Of a stretch of 19,307 nucleotides of DNA, positions 8,425 to 16,296 are shown in pieces; within the stretch, counting starts at the first letter, position 1, and each line of letters starts with the position of its first letter. The notes below the pieces were generated by a model. It made no database searches. It was given only the letters and a program-made list of their open reading frames with translations, and had not been told where the DNA came from. Both the position numbers and the translations under genes were made by a program. Source of the stretch: a bacterium (GTDB lineage Bacteria > Patescibacteriota > Microgenomatia > Daviesbacterales > UBA10151); NCBI GenBank assembly GCA_021786105.1, contig JAJYNW010000012.1:1-19307 (forward strand), read 5' to 3'.

Positions 8425-8458
8425 TTACCTCTTCGATATTTATCACTACTTTATTATA

Positions 8459-8487
8459 TTGACCTTACGGTTTTCACATATTAAACT
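8459..8487 (+). promoter_or_regulatory. sigma70-type promoter for the small ORF/PIN unit
   Basis: TTGACC (8459-8464), 17-nt spacer, TAAACT (8482-8487). Confidence 0.6.
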
Positions 8488-8502
8488 GATAAATATATAA
8501 TT

Positions 8503-8691
8503 ATGATGAATAGTAAAAGGCAGACGCCTCAAGATAGATTAAAGGAAAAATTACATAAGATTGATTTTTCTGAGAATGTTGATAGTTCTAAGAATTGTAG
8601 TTTCGATTCCAGGGAATTTGTTAGGAAAGCCAATGAGGTAAGAAAAACTTTTAGAAATGAAAATACTTTATTCTCCGAACCTAATTGCTGA
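8503..8691 (+). CDS. Small hypothetical protein, candidate antitoxin partner of the PIN gene
   Basis: 62-aa charged ORF directly after a promoter, overlapping the PIN gene start by 35 nt. Antitoxin role is inferred from position only. Confidence 0.45.
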   Translation: MMNSKRQTPQDRLKEKLHKIDFSENVDSSKNCSFDSREFVRKANEVRKTFRNENTLFSEPNC

Positions 8692-9188
8692 ACTGGCTAA
8701 TTCAGATTTATTCCTAGATACAAATACTTTTATAGGCGCTATTTCGTTCCCTGAATTGTTCGAAGAATTTTTTAAGCAGTTAAAGAATAGCGGATGTGCT
8801 TATATTACTATTCCATCAGTTCTTTTTGAGTTTACGAGAGGCGTAGAATCAATAGAAGCTTTTAATAAGAGGGCAGAGTTTATTACCAGTTTATCATCAA
8901 TATACCTATTGAAAGACATTTAAATGATTTAGAGTCTTTAACAATTGTTTTGCAAAGAATTCAGGTAGTATAAGTTATACTGACTTTTTACTTCTAGCTT
9001 GTCTTTATAAATTTCCTAAATCATTTCTGATTAGTGCGAATCATAAAGATTGTTCATTAGATATACTTGATCGCAAATTTGTGATTACTGTTGATACAGA
9101 CAAGGATATTAAAAACTATGATATATACCAATTTTCTTTAGACAAATTTAACAAAGCAGCAGAAAATATTTTAAAAAGTAATTCCTAA
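8657..9188 (+). pseudogene. PIN-domain (VapC-like) ribonuclease with two single-base frameshifts
   Basis: N-terminal part has LFLDTN and SVLFEF. It continues in a second frame (~8905-8961, PIERHLNDLESLTIVLQRI) and a third frame (8961-9188, SGSISYTDFLLLACL...LISANHKD...ILKSNS*). Restoring 2 nt gives about 177 aa with the PIN acidic motifs in order. Confidence 0.8.
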
Positions 9189-9716
9189 ATGGTCACAATA
9201 ATTTTTGAATCACACTCAACAACTTTTGATAATGAAAATCATTTATCATCTGGACATAATGATGTAGGACTTTCCCCTTTAGGGATGCAGCAGGCTAGGG
9301 AGTTAGGTGAAAGACGTAAAGCTGAGCATTTTGATGCTATTTTTTGTTCTGATTTGCAACGAGCTTACAAAACCGCGGAAATAGCCTTTAAAAACAGATT
9401 TCCCATTATTAAAGATAAAAGATTAAGAGAATGTGATTATGGAGATTTAACCAGACATCCAAGCAGCGAAGTTGATCCGTTAAAAGTGGAACATATTAAC
9501 AAACCTTTTCCAAATGGTGAAAGCTATGAACAAGCTGCTCGAAGAATGAAGGAATTTTTAGAGGAATTAAAGAGAGATTGTGAAGGTAAAAAGGTGATGG
9601 TTATTGGTCACCGGGCTACCCAATACGGATTGGAACACTGGATAAAGGGAGTTCCTATTAAAGATGCAGTTACTGCATCTTGGAAATGGCAGCCAGGCTG
9701 GGTTTATAGCTATTGA
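9189..9716 (+). CDS. Histidine phosphatase (phosphoglycerate mutase-like) family protein
   Basis: ESHSTT in place of RHG, plus FCSDLQRAYKTA, LRECDYG, FPNGES and VIGHRAT. ATG directly follows the PIN stop codon. Confidence 0.9.
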   Translation: MVTIIFESHSTTFDNENHLSSGHNDVGLSPLGMQQARELGERRKAEHFDAIFCSDLQRAYKTAEIAFKNRFPIIKDKRLRECDYGDLTRHPSSEVDPLKVEHINKPFPNGESYEQAARRMKEFLEELKRDCEGKKVMVIGHRATQYGLEHWIKGVPIKDAVTASWKWQPGWVYSY

Positions 9717-9743
9717 AACACTAGACATTGCCGCTGGTAATAT

Positions 9744-9772
9744 TTCACATTTCTTCTTTTTAGGTATACACT
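9744..9772 (+). promoter_or_regulatory. sigma70-type promoter predicting a leaderless transcript
   Basis: TTCACA (9744-9749), 17-nt spacer, TACACT (9767-9772). ATG at 9780. Confidence 0.55.
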
Positions 9773-9779
9773 TAAATTA

Positions 9780-10682
9780 ATGTCCAAGGGTTTTGCTGGA
9801 ATTTATATTTTATTAGGAATTTTATTATTAGTTGCTTTTGGTGGGGGATATTATTTTGGGGCAGGGAAAAATATTATTTCTGTACTATTCAGAAATAATC
9901 CTAAGATTTGTACTCAAGATGCCAAACAGTGCCTGGATGGTTCATATGTAGGCAGAATCGGTCCAAATTGTGAATTCAAATCTTGCCCTGCCTCTAAACC
10001 TACACCATCTCCGAGTGAAGTCGTTTACACTGAATCGTCCCACAGTGCTAGTTGGGAAACATATAGTTTTGAAAAATACGTCTCCAGGTATGGTAGGGCT
10101 TATTCTCTTTCATTCTCCTATCCTCCAAATTGGAAAGTAAGGGATCATGATTATCTTAGCGGTGCTGATGTAGCTTTTTTGTCACCAGACTATAAAACGC
10201 CCGAAATGGGTATAGCGGAAGAGATTTTAAAAGGTTATCGTATTGAAGTTTCGGTTTTATCTAATCAAAAGTTTTCAAGTTTAGAAGAGTGGGTTAAAAA
10301 CTATTATTATAATCCTCGTGAAAGAAAAGTTTATGTAAATCCTCAAAAGACAAAAATAGGCACTATAGATGCATTAATGTTTGAATGGAAAGATAAAGAA
10401 ACCGGAAAGATAGATATGATTACCGCACACACTTTTCATGCAAAAGTATTTGCTAAAGGAGATGCAGTATACATATTTCAGGTAGTTGCCCCATCTATAT
10501 CTTCGGAATACATATCTACTATGGATAAAATGTTGGCTACGGTTAAATTTTTAGATCAAGACCGAACCGGCACAGAGAACATATTTTGTGGGGGATTTGC
10601 CGGAACTGTTTGTCCTTTAGGGTATAAATGTCAGTTGGATGGGAACTATCCTGATGCTGGAGGCAGGTGTATAAAAGAATAG
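9780..10682 (+). CDS. Membrane-anchored/exported protein with Cys-rich modules and a PsbP-like central domain
   Basis: Leader MSKG|FAGIYILLGILLL, Cys module CTQDAKQCLDGSYVGRIGPNCEFKSCP, PTPSP linker, SFSYPPNW (PsbP-like start) and C-terminal CGGFAGTVCPLGYKC...C. Domain calls are by eye. Confidence 0.75.
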   Translation: MSKGFAGIYILLGILLLVAFGGGYYFGAGKNIISVLFRNNPKICTQDAKQCLDGSYVGRIGPNCEFKSCPASKPTPSPSEVVYTESSHSASWETYSFEKYVSRYGRAYSLSFSYPPNWKVRDHDYLSGADVAFLSPDYKTPEMGIAEEILKGYRIEVSVLSNQKFSSLEEWVKNYYYNPRERKVYVNPQKTKIGTIDALMFEWKDKETGKIDMITAHTFHAKVFAKGDAVYIFQVVAPSISSEYISTMDKMLATVKFLDQDRTGTENIFCGGFAGTVCPLGYKCQLDGNYPDAGGRCIKE

Positions 10683-10729
10683 CAGGCTAGTTTATGCGTG
10701 CGTTTCTTGACTTTAAGTGGTAATATATT

Positions 10730-10951
10730 ATGAATATGAGTAGATTAGGTAGTCCTGAAGGAGAGCCAATTGAACAATCTGTTGTTTCTCCAGATGCCTT
10801 AAGAAGGGTTGTCGGAAGTCTTCATAATATAGACCAAATAGAGGCGATTATGAGGATGGACCCTGATTCATCGGGTTTTCTTCTGAAAAGTTTAACAAAA
10901 GATTCTATTTCGTTTAATCTTTCCACTCTTGGCCGAAATCCCCGAAGCTGA
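10730..10951 (+). CDS. Hypothetical protein, possibly a truncated or frameshifted remnant
   Basis: 73-aa ORF (alternative start 10736) after an extended -10 TGgTAATAT (10718-10726). No recognisable domain. Confidence 0.4.
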   Translation: MNMSRLGSPEGEPIEQSVVSPDALRRVVGSLHNIDQIEAIMRMDPDSSGFLLKSLTKDSISFNLSTLGRNPRS

Positions 10952-10973
10952 AGAAGATTATCCATTTATCTAT

Positions 10974-10992
10974 TTGACTTTTAGGATCAAAA
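10974..10992 (+). repeat. 19-bp direct repeat, copy 1
   Basis: TTGACTTTTAGGATCAAAA, identical to 12704-12722. Confidence 0.9.
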
Positions 10993-11043
10993 ATATGCTT
11001 TCTCAATTTGACAAAGCTTAAATATTATGTCTTACTTAAGTTA

Positions 11044-12672
11044 ATGCCCAAACCGTCTGAGCGTGGTGTTGCTCATATTCTGTTTCTTTTACTGCTGGTG
11101 GTGGGGTTAATAGTGGGAGTATATTTAATCACCTCAGGCGCTCCTTTTAATTTCTTACCTAAAGCTTCTCTTTCAAAACCCACCGGCCCCGAAGTTAGCT
11201 TTTCTTTGGTAGGTCCTTCCGGTTGTACTGCCGGAATTCTTTGTGCCATTTATGGCCAGCATGCTTTACGGGAAGAGTTTGAAGTCAAACTATATGCCAG
11301 GTCAGATATTGAAACTGCTAATTTATTTACTGCCAAGATGACTTTCCCCAAAGATTTGGTAGAAGTTAAAGAGATTAGGGAAGAGAAAAGTTTTGGGCCA
11401 AATACCATCAATTGGGTAGAGGATTTTTATGATAACAATACCGGAGAGATTTCTTTGACAGGAGGAGTACCGGCTCCGGGATACCAAACTCAAGTTAATG
11501 GACCAGCAGGACTCATGGCTACCATTACCTTCAGAGCCAAAGCCTTAGGTAAAGGCACAGTGTCATTTACAGATTCCTCAGAAATATTGAGTAACTTAAA
11601 CAACATTAATATCTTAACTGTTAAAAGAGGATATGACTTTACCATTGAGGTCAAACCCTCACCTACACCTGTTTCTGGTTCTAGCTATTACATTGAAAAA
11701 TTACCAATAGGTGGTGTTTATATGGTAGCTCCTTCTGAAGCAGGAAGTGGTTATGCAGTTTATGCTTTGTTAAGAGATGGGCAAGGGAATGTAGTAGCAA
11801 ATCAGTCTAACTTAAATTATAGCTGGCAAGTGGAGCAGTTTGGCGGTGGCAGCACTATAAATGTGGAGCCTTTTGCAGGTTGCGCCAATGGGACGCAACC
11901 TCCTTGTCCGCTTGATCATGCAAATATTACTGTTCCTTCGGTTGGTTCTACCACTTCTGCTAATCTGTGGGTGACAGTGAGTGATAAAACTACTAATCAA
12001 ATTCTAACTAAAGCAGAATTTGTTTTAAATTTCGTGCCAAAAAGCGAATATGTCAGCTTCAATACTGTTAAACCAGGTTACAGTCAAGGAGAAACATATA
12101 ATGTTGGCCAGAAGGTTCCGATTAGTTGGAATTTAGTGGGTACAAATGTTGATTACTATAATTTAGGCTATTTCTATTATCAGGATGGGGCAAATAAGAG
12201 TGGATATATTGGTACAGTTAAATATCCAATTTCTTCTTATGATTGGACAATCCCGGCCGAGATAGCTAATCAACAAGTGCGGATTTCGATTGAACCGCGA
12301 GGTAAAGTTGTAACTAACCCAGGATGGGGTTATTCTGACTGGTCATTTAAGGTGGGATCCTCTAAGGTTTGTTTGCCCAGACCTGCTTGTTTGGATGCCA
12401 AGCCAGCCTGCAAACTGCCTGAGTCAGCAGAAGGATGGTGCCCGAATCCAACTCCAGTGCCTGGTCCAAAAGGCAATGGTGATGGGAATAAAGACGGCAA
12501 GATTAATCTGATCGATATGTCAATACTGCATACTGACTGGAAGGCAGATTTGAAGATTAACAAAACTATCAGAGAGGGAATAGATATGAACAATGATGGT
12601 TTAGTTAATGTCTTTGATTTCTCAGCTCTTCGTAATCTGCTGGCAAAACTGGGAGTGATTAAAATAAGATAA
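11044..12672 (+). CDS. Surface protein: pilin-like leader/TM, cohesin-like domain, Ig-like domains, Cys-rich module, C-terminal dockerin
   Basis: ATG at 11044 (MPKPSERG|VAHILFLLLLVVGLIVGVYLI) is preferred over TTG at 11008. Cohesin-like segment FEVKLYA...MTFPKDLVEV...ATITFRAKALGKGTVSF. Duplicated Ca-binding loops GDGNKDGKINLID and DMNNDGLVNVFD. Confidence 0.85.
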   Translation: MPKPSERGVAHILFLLLLVVGLIVGVYLITSGAPFNFLPKASLSKPTGPEVSFSLVGPSGCTAGILCAIYGQHALREEFEVKLYARSDIETANLFTAKMTFPKDLVEVKEIREEKSFGPNTINWVEDFYDNNTGEISLTGGVPAPGYQTQVNGPAGLMATITFRAKALGKGTVSFTDSSEILSNLNNINILTVKRGYDFTIEVKPSPTPVSGSSYYIEKLPIGGVYMVAPSEAGSGYAVYALLRDGQGNVVANQSNLNYSWQVEQFGGGSTINVEPFAGCANGTQPPCPLDHANITVPSVGSTTSANLWVTVSDKTTNQILTKAEFVLNFVPKSEYVSFNTVKPGYSQGETYNVGQKVPISWNLVGTNVDYYNLGYFYYQDGANKSGYIGTVKYPISSYDWTIPAEIANQQVRISIEPRGKVVTNPGWGYSDWSFKVGSSKVCLPRPACLDAKPACKLPESAEGWCPNPTPVPGPKGNGDGNKDGKINLIDMSILHTDWKADLKINKTIREGIDMNNDGLVNVFDFSALRNLLAKLGVIKIR

Positions 12673-12703
12673 AGTCTTCCTTCATAATTCATAGCATTAA
12701 TTG

Positions 12704-12732
12704 TTGACTTTTAGGATCAAAATCAGTAATAT
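12704..12732 (+). promoter_or_regulatory. sigma70-type promoter for mini-GreA/fusA; contains copy 2 of the 19-bp repeat
   Basis: TTGACT (12704-12709), 17-nt spacer, TAATAT (12727-12732). Confidence 0.65.
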
Positions 12733-12741
12733 TTACTTGTT

Positions 12742-12769
12742 GCCTCCCCGAGTTTGAGGGAGGTTTTTT
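12742..12769 (+). terminator. Intrinsic terminator-like hairpin just downstream of the promoter
   Basis: GCCTCCC (12742-12748) / GGGAGGT (12758-12764) stem with TTTTTT (12764-12769). Confidence 0.7.
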
Positions 12770-12799
12770 AAAGACTGAAAGTCGCAAGGTTCTTATATT

Positions 12800-13027
12800 A
12801 TGATGGATGTAAAGTTAAGGCAACAAAAAATTAAAATGTGGAAGGATAATCTAGCTAGGTTGGAAGAAGACCTAAAGGTTATTTTGGAGAAAAAAGGTGT
12901 GGCAGCTGCCGAAGGTGACCTGTCGGAAAACGCCGCTTACACCATGGCTTCTGAGGATGCAGAAACCACCAGAGTCAGAATTGAAGAAATTAAAAAATTA
13001 ATCAGAGATCTAGAAAAAGGGGAATAA
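12800..13027 (+). CDS. GreA/GreB N-terminal coiled-coil domain-only protein
   Basis: [13 protein letters not shown] matches the Gre tip motif GDLSENAEY, between two amphipathic helices. No C-terminal domain: the stop is 1 nt before the fusA ATG. Confidence 0.85.
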   Translation: MMDVKLRQQKIKMWKDNLARLEEDLKVILEKKGVAAAEGDLSENAAYTMASEDAETTRVRIEEIKKLIRDLEKGE

Positions 13028-13028
13028 T

Positions 13029-15167
13029 ATGGCTATTGCAAAAACAAAAAGAGATTTTCCGCTGGATAGAATTAGAAATATCGGGATTATTGCCCATATT
13101 GATGCCGGCAAAACTACCACTACTGAGCGGATCCTTTTTTACACCGGAAAAACTTACAAAATTGGCAATATTGATGAAGGTACAACTGTGACTGACTGGA
13201 TGGAACAAGAGCGTGAACGTGGCATCACCATTGTTTCCGCAGCCATCACAGCTTTTTGGACTGTCAGAAAAGGCCTTTTTGAAGGTCATGAAATGAGGAT
13301 TAATTTAATTGATACTCCGGGACACGTTGATTTTACGGCTGAAGTGGAAAGGTCTTTGCGGGTGTTGGATGGGGCAGTAATCGTTTTGGATTCCTCCTCA
13401 GGAGTTCAGTCTCAAACAGAAACAGTTTGGAGGCAGGCTAATAAATACAGTGTTCCTTTGATTGCTTTTGCCAACAAAATGGATGTGGTGGGGGCCGACT
13501 TTCAGGCCACCATCCAATCAGCTCGGGATAGGTTGGGGGCAAATGCTATTGCTTACAACTTGCCAATCGGCAAGGAAAATGACTTCAAGGGAGTAGTTGA
13601 TCTTTTGACTGAGAAAGCCATTATTTGGGAAGGCGATCAAACCGGTGCCAAGTTTATTGAAGTAGAGATCCCGGCTAACATGGTTGAGGAAGTAAAGACT
13701 GCCCGGGCAAAATTAGTAGAAGAAATTTCCGGCACAGATGATGTGTTGATGGAAAAATATCTGGGTGGTGAGGAGATTACTGTGGAAGAATTGAAGATGG
13801 CTTTAAGGCGGGCAGTTATTGCCAATAAAATTGTTCCGGTAATGGCTGGTTCATCATTGCGGAATAAAGGGGTTCAGCCGATGCTTGATGCAGTGGTTGA
13901 GTATCTGCCTTCGCCTCAAGATATTGCTATAGTTACTGGTATAAACCCAAAAACAGGGGAAGCAGAAGAGAGAAAAGGCGATTCTAGCGCACCTCTGGCT
14001 GCTTTGGCCTTTAAAATCCAAGTTGATCCGCACGTCGGAAAGCTGACTTATATCAGGGTTTATTCCGGAACTTTAAAAAGCGGTTCTTATGTTTATAATG
14101 TTACCAAGCAAATTAGGGAGAGGGTTGGTAGGTTGCTTCTTATGCATGCCAATGATAGGGAGGAAATTGATGAAGCATATGCCGGAGAGATTGTAGCAGC
14201 AGTGGGGCTTAAAGATACGGTAACAGGGAACACGTTATGTGACGAAGGTGCTCCAATCATTTTGGAATCTATCACCTTTCCCGATCCGGTTATATCTTTG
14301 GCAATCGAACCCAAAACCAAATCTGACCAGGAAAAGTTGGGTTATGCTTTGCAGCGGTTGTCTGAAGAAGACCCGACTTTCCGAGTCAAATCTGATCCGG
14401 AAACAGGCCAAACTATCATTGCCGGGATGGGTGAACTTCAACTTGAGATTCTGGTGGACCGGATGAAAAGGGAATTTAAGCTGGAGGCCAACGTGGGTCA
14501 GCCGCAGGTGGCATATAAAGAAACTATTACTAAAGTTGCAGAAGGTGAAGGTAAATACATCAGGCAAACCGGCGGTCGCGGTCAATATGGGCACTGTTTG
14601 CTGCGGATTGAGCCTTTGCCTCGGGGAACCGGTCGGGAATTTGCTTCCGAAATTGTTGGTGGTGCCATTCCTCGGGAATTTATTCCTCCAATTGAAAAAG
14701 GAGTGATTGAAAAAGAAGACACCGGAATTTTGGCCGGTTATCCGGTGACTGATATTAAAGTGGTAGTTTATGATGGTTCTTTTCATGATGTTGATTCTTC
14801 CGAAGTGGCCTTTAAAATTGCCGCATCTTTAGGTTTGTCTGAGGCAGCTAAAAAAGCCGACATGATTTTGCTTGAACCTATCATGAAGGTGGAAGTCACT
14901 ACCCCGGATGAGTTTTTGGGAGAAATTATTGGTGATTTATCTTCCAAAAGGGCCCAAATTTTATCTTCTGAAACAAAAGGGAATGCCAGAGTGGTTATTG
15001 CTTTAGTGCCTTTAGCAGAGATGCATGGATATGCTACTGCTATCAGGTCTATGTCACAAGGCCGGGCTACTTATTACATGGAAGCAGATCACTACGAAAC
15101 CGTGCCATCCAATATTACCCAAAAAATCATCGAATCCTCAGGTTTCACTGGACGAGTGGAACATTAA
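13029..15167 (+). CDS. fusA: Elongation factor G
   Basis: [33 protein letters not shown] and HDVDSS motifs. Confidence 0.99.
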   Translation: MAIAKTKRDFPLDRIRNIGIIAHIDAGKTTTTERILFYTGKTYKIGNIDEGTTVTDWMEQERERGITIVSAAITAFWTVRKGLFEGHEMRINLIDTPGHVDFTAEVERSLRVLDGAVIVLDSSSGVQSQTETVWRQANKYSVPLIAFANKMDVVGADFQATIQSARDRLGANAIAYNLPIGKENDFKGVVDLLTEKAIIWEGDQTGAKFIEVEIPANMVEEVKTARAKLVEEISGTDDVLMEKYLGGEEITVEELKMALRRAVIANKIVPVMAGSSLRNKGVQPMLDAVVEYLPSPQDIAIVTGINPKTGEAEERKGDSSAPLAALAFKIQVDPHVGKLTYIRVYSGTLKSGSYVYNVTKQIRERVGRLLLMHANDREEIDEAYAGEIVAAVGLKDTVTGNTLCDEGAPIILESITFPDPVISLAIEPKTKSDQEKLGYALQRLSEEDPTFRVKSDPETGQTIIAGMGELQLEILVDRMKREFKLEANVGQPQVAYKETITKVAEGEGKYIRQTGGRGQYGHCLLRIEPLPRGTGREFASEIVGGAIPREFIPPIEKGVIEKEDTGILAGYPVTDIKVVVYDGSFHDVDSSEVAFKIAASLGLSEAAKKADMILLEPIMKVEVTTPDEFLGEIIGDLSSKRAQILSSETKGNARVVIALVPLAEMHGYATAIRSMSQGRATYYMEADHYETVPSNITQKIIESSGFTGRVEH

Positions 15168-15185
15168 GTACCAACATCAAATATT

Positions 15186-15446
15186 ATGGGCATTGATAGG
15201 GAACCAAAAGCTCGGCTCTATACAAAAATCCTGCGACAGCGAACACGAAAAGAAGCTGCTGAAAAAGATCAAATAGATAAAGACTATGAGGAATTAAAAC
15301 ATATGGGCTTAGTTCATGGAGATTTTCTCGAAGGGCTTCCTGAGGTGCCAGATGCAGAGATTCCTAAAATTGAAAACCTTATCGAGCGAGCTATGGAGAG
15401 ATTTAGGACTTCCCATAGAGCGCATTTACCTGAGAGAAAAAACTAG
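15186..15446 (+). CDS. Hypothetical protein
   Basis: 86-aa ATG ORF fitting between fusA and the SPFH gene. Charged and helical; no recognisable motif. Confidence 0.55.
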   Translation: MGIDREPKARLYTKILRQRTRKEAAEKDQIDKDYEELKHMGLVHGDFLEGLPEVPDAEIPKIENLIERAMERFRTSHRAHLPERKN

Positions 15447-15458
15447 CCTCTTTATTAG

Positions 15459-15467
15459 TGGTATACT
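15459..15467 (+). promoter_or_regulatory. Extended -10 promoter predicting a leaderless transcript
   Basis: TGgTATACT (15459-15467). ATG at 15474. No SD sequence. Confidence 0.6.
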
Positions 15468-15473
15468 TGAAGT

Positions 15474-16241
15474 ATGGAAATTTTTTATTTGGTCGGAGCT
15501 TTCTTCTTAATTATTCTTTTACTTATCAGTTTTAAAATTGTTCAGGAATATGAGCGGGGGGTAATTTTTTTTCTGGGAAGAGTGACTGGGGTCAGGGGGC
15601 CAGGATTGATTATTTTAATCCCGATTTTTGAAAGAATGCAAAAGGTAACTCTTAGAACAATCACCATGGATATTCCCTCCCAAAAGATAATTACCAAAGA
15701 TAATGTTTCAATAGATATTGCCGCTGTTGCCTATTATCATATTGTCGACCCGAAAAAGTCGGTGATAGCCATTGAGGATGTGTATTCTGCTGTTAACCAA
15801 ATTTCTCAAACCACTGTCCGGAATGTGGTTGGACAATTTACCCTGGATCAGCTGCTTTCCAAAACCGGTGATATCAATGATCAAATCAGAAGTGTAATTG
15901 ACAAACATACCGAACCCTGGGGAGCGCAAGTGACAGCGGTGGAAATTAAAGATATCGTTCTACCGGATAATATGCAAAGGGCGATGGCTAAAGAAGCTGA
16001 GGCGGAAAGAGAAAGAAGAGCCAAAATTGTGGCGGCAGAAGGAGAAAAACAGGCAGCTGAGGCTTTGGGTCAGGCAGCTGATTTGATATCTAAACATCCG
16101 GTGGCGCTGCAGCTTCGGACTTTGCAAACCATGGCCGAAATTTCTACTGAGAAGAATTCCACTATTATCTTCCCGGCCCAATTTATGACTACAGTGCAGG
16201 AGGCTATTAAAACTTTGGCCAAAGATACTTCCGGAAGATAA
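15474..16241 (+). CDS. SPFH/band-7 stomatin-like (slipin) protein
   Basis: N-terminal [50 protein letters not shown] and ALQLRTLQT. Confidence 0.95.
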   Translation: MEIFYLVGAFFLIILLLISFKIVQEYERGVIFFLGRVTGVRGPGLIILIPIFERMQKVTLRTITMDIPSQKIITKDNVSIDIAAVAYYHIVDPKKSVIAIEDVYSAVNQISQTTVRNVVGQFTLDQLLSKTGDINDQIRSVIDKHTEPWGAQVTAVEIKDIVLPDNMQRAMAKEAEAERERRAKIVAAEGEKQAAEALGQAADLISKHPVALQLRTLQTMAEISTEKNSTIIFPAQFMTTVQEAIKTLAKDTSGR

Positions 16242-16260
16242 GTTTCTCAACTTAACCCTT

Positions 16261-16289
16261 TTGACTATAGGGCCTTAAGTCGTTATAAT
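16261..16289 (+). promoter_or_regulatory. Near-consensus sigma70 promoter predicting a leaderless gpsA transcript
   Basis: TTGACT (16261-16266), 17-nt spacer, TATAAT (16284-16289). ATG at 16297. No SD sequence. Confidence 0.8.
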
Positions 16290-16296
16290 CACCTTC

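Noticed and set aside
8057-8500. ORFs 8057-8248 and 8300-8500
   Set aside because: They overlap rpsG out of frame, and the second runs across a promoter region.
10707-10735. TTGACT at 10707 as a -35 box
   Set aside because: No acceptable -10 at 16-18 nt; the extended -10 at 10718-10726 fits better.
11008-11043. TTG start for the cohesin-dockerin gene
   Set aside because: The TTG is part of a TTGACA box; ATG 11044 gives a clean short leader before the hydrophobic helix.
12681-12694. TTCATAA-TTCATAG as a third heptad element, perhaps pairing with TTATGAATATGAG at 10728
   Set aside because: Only two units, AT-rich, and the putative partner has the wrong period; not distinguishable from chance.
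8425-13028. Prophage, IS element or integron as the source of the insert
   Set aside because: No integrase, transposase, phage genes, terminal inverted repeats or recognisable attC sites.
13002-15276. Antisense and alternative-frame ORFs over fusA, including 14235-14786 (183 aa)
   Set aside because: Typical antisense shadows of a conserved gene.
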